Below, piece by piece: positions 1 through 10,357 of a stretch of 64,000 bases of DNA. The position numbers were made by a program, and so were the translations under genes. Every line of letters begins with the position of its first letter. Positions within the stretch are counted from its first letter, which is position 1. Source of the DNA: a virus; IMG/VR virus record IMGVR_UViG_3300010413_000016, positions 1 to 64,000 of that record; one strand, 5' to 3'. The notes beneath the pieces are model-generated. The model was not told the origin of the DNA and ran no database searches. It saw only the letters and a list, made by a program, of their open reading frames with translations.

Positions 1-981
1 CTAAACAAGGTTATTTCTGGTAGCTTTCTTAAAGGACTTCCCCAAGGTCGACTTTTATCATTCTCGGGACCATCAGGATCTGGAAAAAGTTTCCTTCTAT
101 GCAACGCAATGCGTGAAGCACACAAGGATGGTGCACATATCGTAGTACTTGATTCCGAAAACGCACTTGATGATGATTTCGTTAAAGCGATTGGGGTGGA
201 TCCAACAAACAACTACAGTTATATTCCTGTTGTTACAGTACCACAAGTTAAGAAAGTAATATCAGCTTTCATAACGGGGTATAAAAAGGAATATGGTAAC
301 GATCCCGATGCACCCAAATTATTGTTCGCTATCGATAGTCTCGATATGCTTCTAACGGAAACAGAAGAAGAGCAATTTGAAAAAGGTGTCACTAAGGGTG
401 ATCAAGGCCAACGAAACAAGCAATTGAAGGCTATGCTTCGTAGCTTTGTTCAAGCCATCAAAAGTTACAACATGTCTATGATTGTAACTTCTCAGGTGTA
501 CAAAAATCAAGATGTTACAAATGGTGAAGGCCTGTACATTGTATCTGATGCTGTCAAGTATTCTCTCTCGCAAATTATAATGTTGACCAAACTGAAATTG
601 CGCGACAAAGCAACAAGAGAAACTACCGGCGTTCGTATTAAGTGCGAAGGATACAAAACACGCTTTACTAAACCTTTCCAAAATGTAACCATTGAAGTTC
701 CATATGAAGAAGGTATGGATCCATACAATGGTCTACTTGAAGTGGCTACAGATATGGATGTTATTAAGCAACGTGGTGCATGGTATTATCTGGGCGATGA
801 CACCAAATGGAATGGTAAATCGTTACCAGCCGAGCATGCTCCTCAAGTGTTAGAATTCTGTGAAGCAAAGCGCGAAAAATTCTTAGATGCTCTCGTTTCA
901 GATGATGAAATAGAGATGCCAGATGATAAAACGTCAGCTAAGGCTAAGCGGAAAGCTAAATTTGATGAAGATAAATCCTAA
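1..981 (+). CDS. uvsX: RecA-like recombinase UvsX (5' truncated by window edge)
   Basis: Frame is open from base 1 and encodes Walker A GPSGSGKS upstream of the ORF-track start; DSENAL and IDSLDML motifs; uvsY and uvsW follow. Confidence 0.9.
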   Translation, partial: LNKVISGSFLKGLPQGRLLSFSGPSGSGKSFLLCNAMREAHKDGAHIVVLDSENALDDDFVKAIGVDPTNNYSYIPVVTVPQVKKVISAFITGYKKEYGNDPDAPKLLFAIDSLDMLLTETEEEQFEKGVTKGDQGQRNKQLKAMLRSFVQAIKSYNMSMIVTSQVYKNQDVTNGEGLYIVSDAVKYSLSQIIMLTKLKLRDKATRETTGVRIKCEGYKTRFTKPFQNVTIEVPYEEGMDPYNGLLEVATDMDVIKQRGAWYYLGDDTKWNGKSLPAEHAPQVLEFCEAKREKFLDALVSDDEIEMPDDKTSAKAKRKAKFDEDKS

Positions 982-998
982 TCAACTTTTGCTCATCG

Positions 999-1026
999 AA
1001 AACCTCAGTTAATCTGAGGTTTTTTT
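999..1026 (+). terminator. Rho-independent terminator
   Basis: aaaacctcag-ttaat-ctgaggtttt plus T tract after uvsX. Confidence 0.75.
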
Positions 1027-1103
1027 CGTTACGCCCCTTATTCTTTTGTTGCCTCAGAACCACTGTTGTGGGAAAATACGAACACAAAATAAAAGGAATA
1101 ATA

Positions 1104-2150
1104 ATGGACGCTAAACAACTCGCGAAGAAAAATTTGTTAGTTAAGATGTATGCAGGATCAATCGCTTATGGCACAAACTTACCTACCTCTGATGTAGATT
1201 TTCGTGGAATTTTTTCTCCTGACCCAATCAACGTTCGCACACCATTTTTCAAAGTGAATGAGTACGAAGAAACAGACGAAGAAGATACAAAATATTACGA
1301 ACTATCACACTTCATGAAATTATGTGTGGATTGCAACCCAAATATTATTGAGTTGTTGTGGACAGATGAAAGTGATATTGTTTTTACTACACCTGCATAT
1401 AAATTGTTGCGCGAACATCGTCATGCTCTCCTTTCTAAAAAGATCGCATTCACAACGAGTGGCTATGCACTAGCTCAGTTGAAACGAATCAAAGGGCACA
1501 ATAAGTGGATCAATAATCCGCAACCGAAAGAGCCGCCTCGTCAAACAAAATTCGTATCTTTGTTGCAATATTTCACACCAGATCGAATCACTCATTTTGA
1601 CATTGAGAGTATTCGACGCGACCATCGTTTGATTCCATATGGCAGGGATGTGTATGGTGTTATTCAGTCCGAAGGACATGAAATTTTTTCTGATGATTAT
1701 ACGCTCAATACTGTTTATGAGCCAGATGCTAATGCGCCACGCCAAATGCCTCTGTATATTGTAAAATTCAACAAAGACGTATACAAAGAAGCAAAAGAAA
1801 AACATACTCAATATTGGGACTGGAAACAGAATCGAAATGCTGCACGTAGCGAACTAGAAGAAAAATTTGGGTATGACACAAAGCATGCTATGCATTTAGT
1901 GAGACTGTTGCGCATGGGACTCGAGGCCTTGCGGGATGAAGTGATTATCGTTAAGCGTCCTGATGCAAAGGAATTACTGGATATCAGAAACGGTGCCTGG
2001 ACATATGAGCAAGTAGTTGAATACGCTCAAGAAATGGACGAATTGGTTAGGAAAGAATGGTACAATAAATCCAATCTTCCAAAGAAACCAGACATCAAAT
2101 TTGCAGCAGAACTATTGATGGATATTCAAGATTGCTTGTGGAGTGACTAA
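1104..2150 (+). CDS. Pol-beta superfamily nucleotidyltransferase (RlaP/YcgL-like)
   Basis: GSIAYGTNLPTSDVDFRG motif, NPNIIELL, YDTKHAMHLVRLL; ATG at 1104 follows AAAGGA. Confidence 0.8.
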   Translation: MDAKQLAKKNLLVKMYAGSIAYGTNLPTSDVDFRGIFSPDPINVRTPFFKVNEYEETDEEDTKYYELSHFMKLCVDCNPNIIELLWTDESDIVFTTPAYKLLREHRHALLSKKIAFTTSGYALAQLKRIKGHNKWINNPQPKEPPRQTKFVSLLQYFTPDRITHFDIESIRRDHRLIPYGRDVYGVIQSEGHEIFSDDYTLNTVYEPDANAPRQMPLYIVKFNKDVYKEAKEKHTQYWDWKQNRNAARSELEEKFGYDTKHAMHLVRLLRMGLEALRDEVIIVKRPDAKELLDIRNGAWTYEQVVEYAQEMDELVRKEWYNKSNLPKKPDIKFAAELLMDIQDCLWSD

Positions 2151-2695
2151 TGGCAAAAATTTCAGTTCTACTTAAGAAACGTGAAAGGCAGTACCTTTCG
2201 TTAACCAATATTATTTTAAATGCCGCTTCTTGTGTAACGGAAGCGTCAGGTGATTTTATTAGGTCGCTAATGAATGGCACGTTTGCTGGTGAGACCACCA
2301 TTGAATGGAAATCAATAATCCCCATTGGCGATAACATTCAATTCATTGGAAAGTTAATACTCGATGTTGGTGGCACAGTAACATATGAAGGCGAAACGGT
2401 TGAGATAACCGAAGCAAACCAACCATATTTTCAATATCCAATTAACGTAGTACTGCCAAGTGATATTGTCGATCGAGGAGATAAACAAGAGATTACTCGC
2501 CATCTATATGAATACCAAGACGAACACGCCGAAGTTGTATATGACGAAGAACCTGATGTTCAGGATATGGAAGATGAGATTTTAACAACAACTGTTGAAG
2601 AAGCGTCAACCTCTACGTCACTTGGTAAACTTTCAGAAGAACAAAAAGAAAAATATGATATGTTCAAGTATTTGACTAGGAGTAACAAACATTGA
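2150..2695 (+). CDS. Hypothetical protein
   Basis: 181-aa ORF coupled to neighbours. Confidence 0.7.
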   Translation: MAKISVLLKKRERQYLSLTNIILNAASCVTEASGDFIRSLMNGTFAGETTIEWKSIIPIGDNIQFIGKLILDVGGTVTYEGETVEITEANQPYFQYPINVVLPSDIVDRGDKQEITRHLYEYQDEHAEVVYDEEPDVQDMEDEILTTTVEEASTSTSLGKLSEEQKEKYDMFKYLTRSNKH

Positions 2696-3150
2696 GTAGA
2701 ATTCCTGAACTTGGAGAAGGGTACTCTAATCTTCCAAGTATAATAGCTGAATATGAAGATTTGTTATCAGGCGTAGAAGAAAAAATTTCCATCAAAGGAA
2801 AATCAATTGAACACGCCAATCGGGAGAATCCAACATGGCAGTTATATTATGATCAAAAACGAATAGAACTCCACACTTTGGTGAGATATCTCGAAAGCCA
2901 AATGTCGCGCGTCAGAGGAAAATTATTTCGTTCGTATACTGAGGCTCATCAACGGGAATTGTCTGACAGAGCAAAGGACAAATATATCGATAACGAAGAT
3001 GCATTTTTGGCGATTAATGAATTGTATCTTGAAATCAAAGAAGTATATGACAAATATCAGGCTGTATGCGATGCGTACAAGTCAAGAGGGTATGCTCTAA
3101 ACAACATAACAAAGGTTCGTGTTGCATCACTAGAAGACGCAATGATATAA
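2692..3150 (+). CDS. uvsY: UvsY-like recombination mediator
   Basis: Helical 152 aa with LSDRAKDKYID and SRGYALNNI; lies between uvsX and uvsW. Confidence 0.7.
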   Translation: MSRIPELGEGYSNLPSIIAEYEDLLSGVEEKISIKGKSIEHANRENPTWQLYYDQKRIELHTLVRYLESQMSRVRGKLFRSYTEAHQRELSDRAKDKYIDNEDAFLAINELYLEIKEVYDKYQAVCDAYKSRGYALNNITKVRVASLEDAMI

Positions 3151-3273
3151 TAAGAGTGAGAATAATCTCGCCACAATAACTACCAAAACTCAACAAACCA
3201 AACTATCGCTATATTTTGGGTATCCTATATACCCAAATGACTAGCAATATGTTGAGTAAACGTAGGACTTTTA

Positions 3274-4773
3274 ATGAATAATAACAAATGCAAAGTAGTA
3301 ATTTTAGATGAAGTAACATGTACGTTCGTAGGTTTGCATCCTGACCATGTAATGTATTTTTATGAAGAGTATGGAGTGTTTGCAAACAACCACTTTTTCA
3401 ATCCTAAATTTAAACTTGGGAGCTGGGATGGAAAGATACGTCACTTTCACAAAACAGGCAAAACATATATCAACTTGCTTCCTGACATAATTCCTCGTGT
3501 TATCCGTCTTGGTTATAGTGTAGCTATTGACGATCGCCGGACAAATAAATCCATTGATCCACCAGTCATTACTAAAGACTTCTTCGAGGGGGTATTTGAT
3601 CGCGACACTGGTGAGCCATGGACCATGCGCGAGTATCAGGTTGATATGGTCAACGCATTATTACAAAATGGGGGTGGCGTCGGTATTGCAGGTACTGGTG
3701 CTGGCAAAACTAGTATGACAGCTGCAATAGCTCTTGCATATGAACAAGCTGCAAACTTTCGATCGATTATCATCGTTCCTGATAAAAATTTGACTGATCA
3801 GACGTTTCGAGAATATGAATTCTTCGGGTTAGATGTTGGTGAATATAGTGGTGAGCGCAAAGACACCTCACATCAACACATAGTATCAACTTGGCAAGCA
3901 CTCCAAAATAATCCAACAATTCTCCAAACATTCCAAGTAATCATCGTAGATGAAGCACACGGAATTCGTGGTAAAACTCTGACAGAACTGCTGAATAATG
4001 CTGCCAAAAGCGTAGCATATAGATTCGGTGTGACTGGAACATTACCCAAAGAACCCGCTGATGCTATGGCTGTTCGAATAGCTGTTGGTGATGTCCAATA
4101 TACAATTCCTGCACATGTGTTAATTGATCAAGGATATCTAGCCAAGCTTCAGATTGACATTTATCAACTGGATATTAATTTGCGTAAACAGTATAATGAA
4201 TATTTGGAAGAAGATCACGAAAAGGTACTAACATACAAACAATTCAAAGACAGCTACTTTCCCGATTGGCATTCAGAAAAGCGATTTCTACAAACAGAAA
4301 AAGAAAGGTTGGCATGGATCGTTGACTTGATTGAATCAAAACGATCCGAAAGAAAAGGGAATGTGTTCTGCTTGGTAGACGGTGTTCGATTTGGCAAAAA
4401 ATTGACCGAAATGATAGATGGTGCTGTCTTTGTATATGGTAAAGATAAGATGGCAGATCGCCGCCGTGTGTATGATCTATTCAAAGAGAATGACAACTTG
4501 GTAGTAATCGCAAATGTGCAAGTTGCTAGTACAGGTTTGGACATCAAACGAATATTCAACTTGATGTTTATTGATGTAGGAAAATCATTTATTCGAGTCA
4601 TTCAAACGATTGGCAGAGGACTAAGAAAAGCACCTGATAAAGATGAAGTAAACGTATCGGATGTTTGCTCTGACTTAAAGTACTCAAAACGTCATTTGCG
4701 TGAACGGACCAAATTTTACAAAGAACAGATGTACCCATATAACAAAAAAGTGGTTGACTATTCATCGGAATGA
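3274..4773 (+). CDS. uvsW: UvsW-like SF2 DNA helicase
   Basis: WDGKIR, REYQ, GTGAGKT, DEAH, TGT and QTIGRGLR motifs. Confidence 0.9.
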   Translation: MNNNKCKVVILDEVTCTFVGLHPDHVMYFYEEYGVFANNHFFNPKFKLGSWDGKIRHFHKTGKTYINLLPDIIPRVIRLGYSVAIDDRRTNKSIDPPVITKDFFEGVFDRDTGEPWTMREYQVDMVNALLQNGGGVGIAGTGAGKTSMTAAIALAYEQAANFRSIIIVPDKNLTDQTFREYEFFGLDVGEYSGERKDTSHQHIVSTWQALQNNPTILQTFQVIIVDEAHGIRGKTLTELLNNAAKSVAYRFGVTGTLPKEPADAMAVRIAVGDVQYTIPAHVLIDQGYLAKLQIDIYQLDINLRKQYNEYLEEDHEKVLTYKQFKDSYFPDWHSEKRFLQTEKERLAWIVDLIESKRSERKGNVFCLVDGVRFGKKLTEMIDGAVFVYGKDKMADRRRVYDLFKENDNLVVIANVQVASTGLDIKRIFNLMFIDVGKSFIRVIQTIGRGLRKAPDKDEVNVSDVCSDLKYSKRHLRERTKFYKEQMYPYNKKVVDYSSE

Positions 4774-4782
4774 TGGTATAAT
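4754..4782 (+). promoter_or_regulatory. sigma70-type promoter
   Basis: TTGACT-17 bp-TATAAT. Confidence 0.7.
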
Positions 4783-4813
4783 AGGACACCAAACAATAAT
4801 AAGAATAGGTATT

Positions 4814-5299
4814 ATGTTAATTTTTGACAATGATAAAGCAATCATATTGGACAATGTCCATACGCCCACTGCAACGGACCATTTCTGGGTTTTGGATTTA
4901 AACATGATGGATTACACATTAACTCCATTGTTGGTGTTGGAAGAAGTAATATCACCGTCAATCGAACTCATGGTAGGCGGCTTTCAATTTATTCTGCCTG
5001 CAAATTGGAAAGTGCTGGTAGCCGACGAAGATACAATGCAATTAGATGTTGTCGAAGTTGCTGATTTGGGCGGAAAGGAATTCAAAGCATTGATATATGG
5101 TCCTGATAAACCAATGGCTGAACTTGAAACTATTGTTGTCACAAATTACTTTCCGAGTTATAAGAATGTTGGACCATCTCTAAATAAACACCAGATGCTA
5201 TGCCATCCAATCTCACCAACTTCGTGGATCAATGTATCTCCATCAGATTCATATAATAAGTACCTTAAAGGCTGCACAGCAGGCGACATTATTTCATAG
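4814..5299 (+). CDS. Hypothetical phage protein
   Basis: ORF; likely ATG at 4814, downstream of the promoter. Confidence 0.7.
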   Translation: MLIFDNDKAIILDNVHTPTATDHFWVLDLNMMDYTLTPLLVLEEVISPSIELMVGGFQFILPANWKVLVADEDTMQLDVVEVADLGGKEFKALIYGPDKPMAELETIVVTNYFPSYKNVGPSLNKHQMLCHPISPTSWINVSPSDSYNKYLKGCTAGDIIS

Positions 5300-5307
5300 G
5301 AACAATT

Positions 5308-5709
5308 ATGGCTAGAAAAAGAAACAAAAAAATATCATTGCTCGAATTTCGAGCTTGGCTAGAAGGCGTAGAAGAACTTCAACCATCTGATTGGAGTCCG
5401 TCTGCTGAACAGTGGAAATTGATTCGCGAAAAGATTAAACTAATCAAAGAACCAGAACCAGAAGTGGTGAAAGAGAGCACACCTGCCCCACCTCAATCAC
5501 CAGTATCAACTGAAAATGCACCAATGATGCCTCAGTTCAATAGAGAACCAGCACTACCACCTCTTGTACCGAGCAGTATTCCTTTGGATGCAGAGATTGA
5601 GATGTCTCCTGAGGCCAAACGTTTGCTTCAAGGTAATCCATCTATTCCAGCACAACCCGGTCAACCTGGTCCAGTAGATGATACATATACCTCAAGCCCC
5701 TTCCAGTAA
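5308..5709 (+). CDS. Hypothetical protein, Pro-rich C-terminus
   Basis: ORF with AGGA RBS. Confidence 0.7.
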   Translation: MARKRNKKISLLEFRAWLEGVEELQPSDWSPSAEQWKLIREKIKLIKEPEPEVVKESTPAPPQSPVSTENAPMMPQFNREPALPPLVPSSIPLDAEIEMSPEAKRLLQGNPSIPAQPGQPGPVDDTYTSSPFQ

Positions 5710-6274
5710 AACGGAGTTGACCAATCGTACTTTGTGGTACGATGGGGATTATACAGTCAAAAGCACTGATGTAATACGTGTGTTTGCGTCAGGCGCTAAT
5801 ACTTGTGGCGTTTTTGTGGATGAGATGACAAAAGACATTGAAGGGTTTAATCGCCTCGTCCCAGAATCACAGCAAATTAATGTAAAAACGTCAGTACGCG
5901 ATATCTCTTCTGATTGGGCACTGCCAGAAGAATATATGTCACTGGACGTACGTGATTATGTTGTAGCACAACTATATAATCATCTCCAAGATGAGGAGAT
6001 GATTGATAATTTAGGCAATGTAACCAAAGAAGGCAAAGATCGTATCCTACGAACTTCCAAGGAGTTAGAGCTATTTACTCACCATAACTTAATGGACGTT
6101 TTGCGTGTGATCATTTTTATCATAAATACGCTAAGTGAGCGTGATGCGGTGTGGGGGGTTGGACGTGGAAGTAGTGTGTCTTCATACGTTTTGTACCTCA
6201 TCGGCGCTCATGACATAGATAGTTGCAAGTATGACCTAGATTTTGGCGACTTTCTACATCTGGATCACATATAA
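5678..6274 (+). CDS. dnaE: DNA polymerase III alpha (DnaE)-like, N-terminal catalytic fragment
   Basis: WGVGRGSSVSSYVLYLIG matches DnaE GPGRGSAAGSLVAY; ORF ends just before the expected PDIDxD motif. Confidence 0.8.
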   Translation: MIHIPQAPSSKTELTNRTLWYDGDYTVKSTDVIRVFASGANTCGVFVDEMTKDIEGFNRLVPESQQINVKTSVRDISSDWALPEEYMSLDVRDYVVAQLYNHLQDEEMIDNLGNVTKEGKDRILRTSKELELFTHHNLMDVLRVIIFIINTLSERDAVWGVGRGSSVSSYVLYLIGAHDIDSCKYDLDFGDFLHLDHI

Positions 6275-6287
6275 AACGGAGATAATA

Positions 6288-6656
6288 ATGGGTAAAAAAG
6301 TAAAGAGTGCACGTGGTGAGATAATTGACCTTGATTTGTTTAGAATTAAGGAACAGATCGCATCCATGCCTGCACCTGTAGATGTAAAACAACGACAAGA
6401 CTTTATAGAACGTCGTCTCCGCCGTCGCTTAAAGAAAAAGCCGGTAGAAACTACGCCTTCAGTGGAGGTCGAACCACAACTTCCAGTTACTGATAAAGTT
6501 GAAAATGATAAACTAGAACAAGAAGCAATCATACCACCAGAACAAGAAGAAACTATCACAACAGATGAGAGCACAGATGACAAGCCAGCAAAACGCACCA
6601 CAAAACAACGAGCAAGACCAAAGCGAAAAACAAAATCCACTGAATCTTCAGAATGA
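6288..6656 (+). CDS. Hypothetical charged protein
   Basis: ATG at 6288 after GGAG. Confidence 0.65.
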   Translation: MGKKVKSARGEIIDLDLFRIKEQIASMPAPVDVKQRQDFIERRLRRRLKKKPVETTPSVEVEPQLPVTDKVENDKLEQEAIIPPEQEETITTDESTDDKPAKRTTKQRARPKRKTKSTESSE

Positions 6657-6990
6657 AGAGTTAGTAGCTCTTCGTGATCATATCGTCTTTCAATTTGAAC
6701 AAGATGGTCTACGAGTCAATTCAGGTGGCAATGTATCTGATGCATTCCAAGAGAAGACAAATTGGGGATTCGAGTTTTTTGATTACAACGAAAGTACCAA
6801 TCACCCAAGATGGGGAACGGTCGTTGTTGTTGGTCCAGAAGTAAAGGAGCACATAGTACCAGGGATGCGTGTACTTATTGACGCTCTACGTTGGACCAAC
6901 CATGTTGTATACAAAAACCAGAAGTATTGGAGAACGGATGAAACCAATCTTCTGGCATATGATGCGGATTCCATTCCAGACAAAAACTAA
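6565..6990 (+). CDS. GroES/Cpn10-like co-chaperonin
   Basis: LVALRDHIVF...PRWGTVVVVGPEVKE.IVPGMRVL resembles the GroES barrel; start uncertain. Confidence 0.6.
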   Translation: MRAQMTSQQNAPQNNEQDQSEKQNPLNLQNEELVALRDHIVFQFEQDGLRVNSGGNVSDAFQEKTNWGFEFFDYNESTNHPRWGTVVVVGPEVKEHIVPGMRVLIDALRWTNHVVYKNQKYWRTDETNLLAYDADSIPDKN

Positions 6991-6996
6991 TAAATA
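6990..6996 (+). promoter_or_regulatory. T4-like late promoter ATAAATA (also 11055, 14051, 21366, 22340, 40982, 46909; GTAAATA at 27040)
   Basis: Recurs shortly upstream of structural or late-type genes; resembles T4 TATAAATA. Confidence 0.6.
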
Positions 6997-7020
6997 CCCC
7001 GTAGTTAAAGGAGAACTAAC

Positions 7021-8076
7021 ATGGTATTTATAACAGTATTGATCTTAGTAACGCTATCAATTGCTGGCTCAGCCGCATTTTTTAGTATATATGGATTGGC
7101 ACAAATCTTCTCGGGAGCGTTCTGGCCAGTTGTAATTATGGCAGGATCTCTTGAGGCTGGAAAGTTAGTAGCAGCTTCCTATGCCTATCGCTATTGGAAC
7201 AAGATGAATATTTTCATGCTTGGCTACCTATTGTTGGCAATTTTGGTGCTAATGTCCATCACGTCAGCTGGAATATTTGGATTTCTTTCATCTGCATATC
7301 AGCAGGATATCCTTCCAATAAAACTGCAACAACAAAAGTTAGCACTATTAGAGAAAGAAAAAACTGAATTGACAGCTCTAAAAAGCGAACGCCTTGAACG
7401 AAAGCAACAAATTGACGCAGATATTGCAGCACTACCAAATAACTACGTTACTGGTCGTCAACGGTTGATGAAATCGTATGGTCCCGAAATTGCACAACTG
7501 AGAAAAGATATTTCAGACTATACGACAGAAATTAGAGCCAAAACGCTTCAAATCTCAGACATCAAAAATAAAGTAACTCAAGCAGAAGTACACGTTGGAC
7601 CAATTGTCTTCATCGCATCTGCTTTCAATAAGGATGTTGATGATGCAACCAAATGGCTAATCCTATTGATAATTTTCGCATTTGATCCACTTGCAATTGT
7701 GTTAACTATTGGTGTGAATAAGGCCTTGTTGGAACGAACATATTCACGAGAACAAACACAGTCATCGAGTTCTCTTCTTGATGCTTTTGATGGAATAACG
7801 TTCGAAGTATCTACAGATGATGATAGCGGAGATGATGAAGATGACGAGGAAGAAGGAATTGGTAGCGAAGAAGTTGAGATATTTACAGAACCTGAACCAT
7901 CTGTAAATGATGTGTCGCAACTTGGCCCAGATCACCAAGAACAAAAAACACAACCAAAGGCACGAGTCGTCAAGGAAGAGACCCAACCAATTCCACGAAT
8001 GATAGAGGAACCAATTGCACCACGTCCTCGTTCTGCATCAACAAAACTATATAAACCACACTCATATCACGAGTAA
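7021..8076 (+). CDS. Membrane protein with coiled coil
   Basis: Three N-terminal TM segments, coiled coil, FAFDPLAIVL TM segment, acidic tail. Confidence 0.75.
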   Translation: MVFITVLILVTLSIAGSAAFFSIYGLAQIFSGAFWPVVIMAGSLEAGKLVAASYAYRYWNKMNIFMLGYLLLAILVLMSITSAGIFGFLSSAYQQDILPIKLQQQKLALLEKEKTELTALKSERLERKQQIDADIAALPNNYVTGRQRLMKSYGPEIAQLRKDISDYTTEIRAKTLQISDIKNKVTQAEVHVGPIVFIASAFNKDVDDATKWLILLIIFAFDPLAIVLTIGVNKALLERTYSREQTQSSSSLLDAFDGITFEVSTDDDSGDDEDDEEEGIGSEEVEIFTEPEPSVNDVSQLGPDHQEQKTQPKARVVKEETQPIPRMIEEPIAPRPRSASTKLYKPHSYHE

Positions 8077-8080
8077 TGTG

Positions 8081-8109
8081 TTGACAACTTTTTCTCCTTG
8101 TGGTATGGT
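8081..8109 (+). promoter_or_regulatory. sigma70-type promoter
   Basis: TTGACA-17 bp-TATGGT before clamp loader. Confidence 0.55.
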
Positions 8110-8133
8110 TTCACCACAAGGAGAAAAATAATA

Positions 8134-9069
8134 ATGAACTTAGATAAGCACACACTCTGGACCGAGAAGTATCGTCCCAGAACTCTCAAAGAATACATTT
8201 TCCATGATGAGCGACAGCAATTGTCAATCGAAAACATGGTAGCAAATGGTACTATCCCGCACTTATTACTGTCTGGCGTTCAGGGTAGTGGTAAAACTAC
8301 ATTAGCACAAATTATCATTAATGAATTAGGCGTTGATCCAATGGATGTGTTGACGCTGAACGCATCAGATGAGAATTCTGTTGATGTCATGAGAGACAAG
8401 ATTAGGAATTTTGTATCCACATTTGCAATGGGAGATTTTAAAATTGTCCATCTGGAAGAAGCGGATTACGTATCATTAGCAGGACAAGCGGTTCTGCGTA
8501 AGTTGATGGAAGATGAATACGCTGATTCAGCCCGATTTATACTGACTTGTAACTACGAAAGCAAAATAATGCCTGCTATTCGATCCCGCTGTCAACAGTT
8601 CCGTTTTAAAGCTCCTGATCGAACTGATGTTACTGAATATATCGCTGGAATTTTGTTAAGTGAACACATCAAATTTGATTTAGAGTTGTTGGACAAATAC
8701 ATTGTAGTTGGTTATCCCGATGTTCGCAAAATCGTAAACTTAATTCAGCAAAACTCTTCTTCGGGATCTCTATTATCTTTATCCCAAGAAACGGAGACGG
8801 GCGATTATAAATTCGCATTACTTGATTTGATAGAACGAGATGCGTGGGAAGATGCTAGAGCATTGGTATGCGAAAGTGTTGCAAATGAAGAATGGGAAGA
8901 CTTGTATCGATTCCTATACGAAAATCTAGACAAAGCACCAAAATACTCAATAAGAGACAAGTGGGAGGCAGGAATTGTTGTCATTGCTGACCACTTATAT
9001 AAACATTCAATTGTTGCCGATCCAGAGATCAACGCATCAGCAATGTTTATAAGACTATCACAAATTTAA
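8134..9069 (+). CDS. Clamp loader AAA+ subunit (gp44/RFC-like)
   Basis: LWTEKYRP, GVQGSGKT, LNASD, EEAD and SRC motifs. Confidence 0.92.
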   Translation: MNLDKHTLWTEKYRPRTLKEYIFHDERQQLSIENMVANGTIPHLLLSGVQGSGKTTLAQIIINELGVDPMDVLTLNASDENSVDVMRDKIRNFVSTFAMGDFKIVHLEEADYVSLAGQAVLRKLMEDEYADSARFILTCNYESKIMPAIRSRCQQFRFKAPDRTDVTEYIAGILLSEHIKFDLELLDKYIVVGYPDVRKIVNLIQQNSSSGSLLSLSQETETGDYKFALLDLIERDAWEDARALVCESVANEEWEDLYRFLYENLDKAPKYSIRDKWEAGIVVIADHLYKHSIVADPEINASAMFIRLSQI

Positions 9070-9078
9070 GGAGTTACG

Positions 9079-9552
9079 ATGACTATAGATTATAATGGTC
9101 CAATGTTCTTCAATCCTCAAAAAATTTCAGATATTTCTTGCGATGAAGAAAAAGTTAATAATGAGCCCATCGCCGCATATGTGGATACATTTCGGACTAA
9201 TTACCACAATCAACTTGATGATGAATTTATGGATTCATTAATAAAAACAATAGAGGTTGATTATGATATCCAACTTCCATCAAGTATTGGTTATTCAACT
9301 ACGGCTGATTGGAGTGCGTGTGCAGCATCAAATGTAGTCCCTCCGCAGTGGACTGAAACGAATATAGCTCTAACTCTTGAAGAATTAAAGAGACAGGTCG
9401 ATGCATTAACTGAGAAGGTCGATGGACTCCGTGCTAACCAACCAATCGAATACTCATTTAAAATGGTCAAATCTAACCAACGACCAGTAGATGATGTTGA
9501 CGCCACAAAGTTAAAGTGGGACCAAGCAATGGAGATAGTTGAACGTGGCTAA
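9079..9552 (+). CDS. Hypothetical protein
   Basis: ORF with AGGAG RBS. Confidence 0.65.
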   Translation: MTIDYNGPMFFNPQKISDISCDEEKVNNEPIAAYVDTFRTNYHNQLDDEFMDSLIKTIEVDYDIQLPSSIGYSTTADWSACAASNVVPPQWTETNIALTLEELKRQVDALTEKVDGLRANQPIEYSFKMVKSNQRPVDDVDATKLKWDQAMEIVERG

Positions 9553-9898
9553 AAAAAGAAAAGTAGAAAACGAAACAGACCAACAAGCAAAGGAGCGTAA
9601 GCTGCTTGAAACTGTTGCGAATGCAGCAAACCGAAGTGAGAAGACATCTTGGAACCGTAAGATGGACAATATGGTAAAGCTATTGTCCAAAATACAACCA
9701 ATTGAACAAAAAATTCTTGACATTATCAAGAATGAGAAACTTCCTATCCAAGACGAAATTCAAGTCTTGCGCAACACAATGCTACACGAATGCGTTCATC
9801 CTTATGAATACCTTGTCATCGAAGGGGAAAATCAGGTTCGATGCAAATTTTGCAACAAACTGTTGAGTGTACCAAATGACAGCACAGAAAAAGTATAA
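9539..9898 (+). CDS. Hypothetical protein with C-terminal CxH...CxxC zinc ribbon
   Basis: ECVHP...RCKFC. Confidence 0.65.
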   Translation: MNVAKKRKVENETDQQAKERKLLETVANAANRSEKTSWNRKMDNMVKLLSKIQPIEQKILDIIKNEKLPIQDEIQVLRNTMLHECVHPYEYLVIEGENQVRCKFCNKLLSVPNDSTEKV

Positions 9899-10355
9899 AG
9901 TAGATATTTTTCGTTTGTTGGGAAGTCTCAGTAAACGAAGTACTCATGCTTATGATGAGTTGACTGCCGATGAAAAGAAAACCGTACAGCCACTGATTCT
10001 GATGAGATGGATGTCTGGTACAAGTGATGCACGACAAGTATACTTTCTGAATGAGTTAGTTAACCCTTTTGTGTTCCCATTCTATAAACACAATGAACTA
10101 TTGGTCAAGTTGCTATCGATATGTGGTCCTGGTCAACCACGAAGATATAAGTGGGTAAAAGCCTCAAGCAAAAAATCAACTAAGCTGCCTGAATCGACCA
10201 AGGTAGTACAAGAAGTGTTTGGGTACAATAAAACAGATGCTGTCGATGCCTTACGTATTTTAAGTGATAATGACATATTGTCTTATGCCACTAGTCTTGG
10301 TCGGCAAGATGATGAGATTAAAGTGATCAAAAAAGAACTTAAGTCACGAGGGTAA
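9876..10355 (+). CDS. Clamp loader small subunit (gp62-like)
   Basis: PLILMRWMS...NELVN...RRYKWVK pattern; near the gp44-like gene. Confidence 0.55.
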   Translation: MTAQKKYKVDIFRLLGSLSKRSTHAYDELTADEKKTVQPLILMRWMSGTSDARQVYFLNELVNPFVFPFYKHNELLVKLLSICGPGQPRRYKWVKASSKKSTKLPESTKVVQEVFGYNKTDAVDALRILSDNDILSYATSLGRQDDEIKVIKKELKSRG

Positions 10356-10357
10356 TA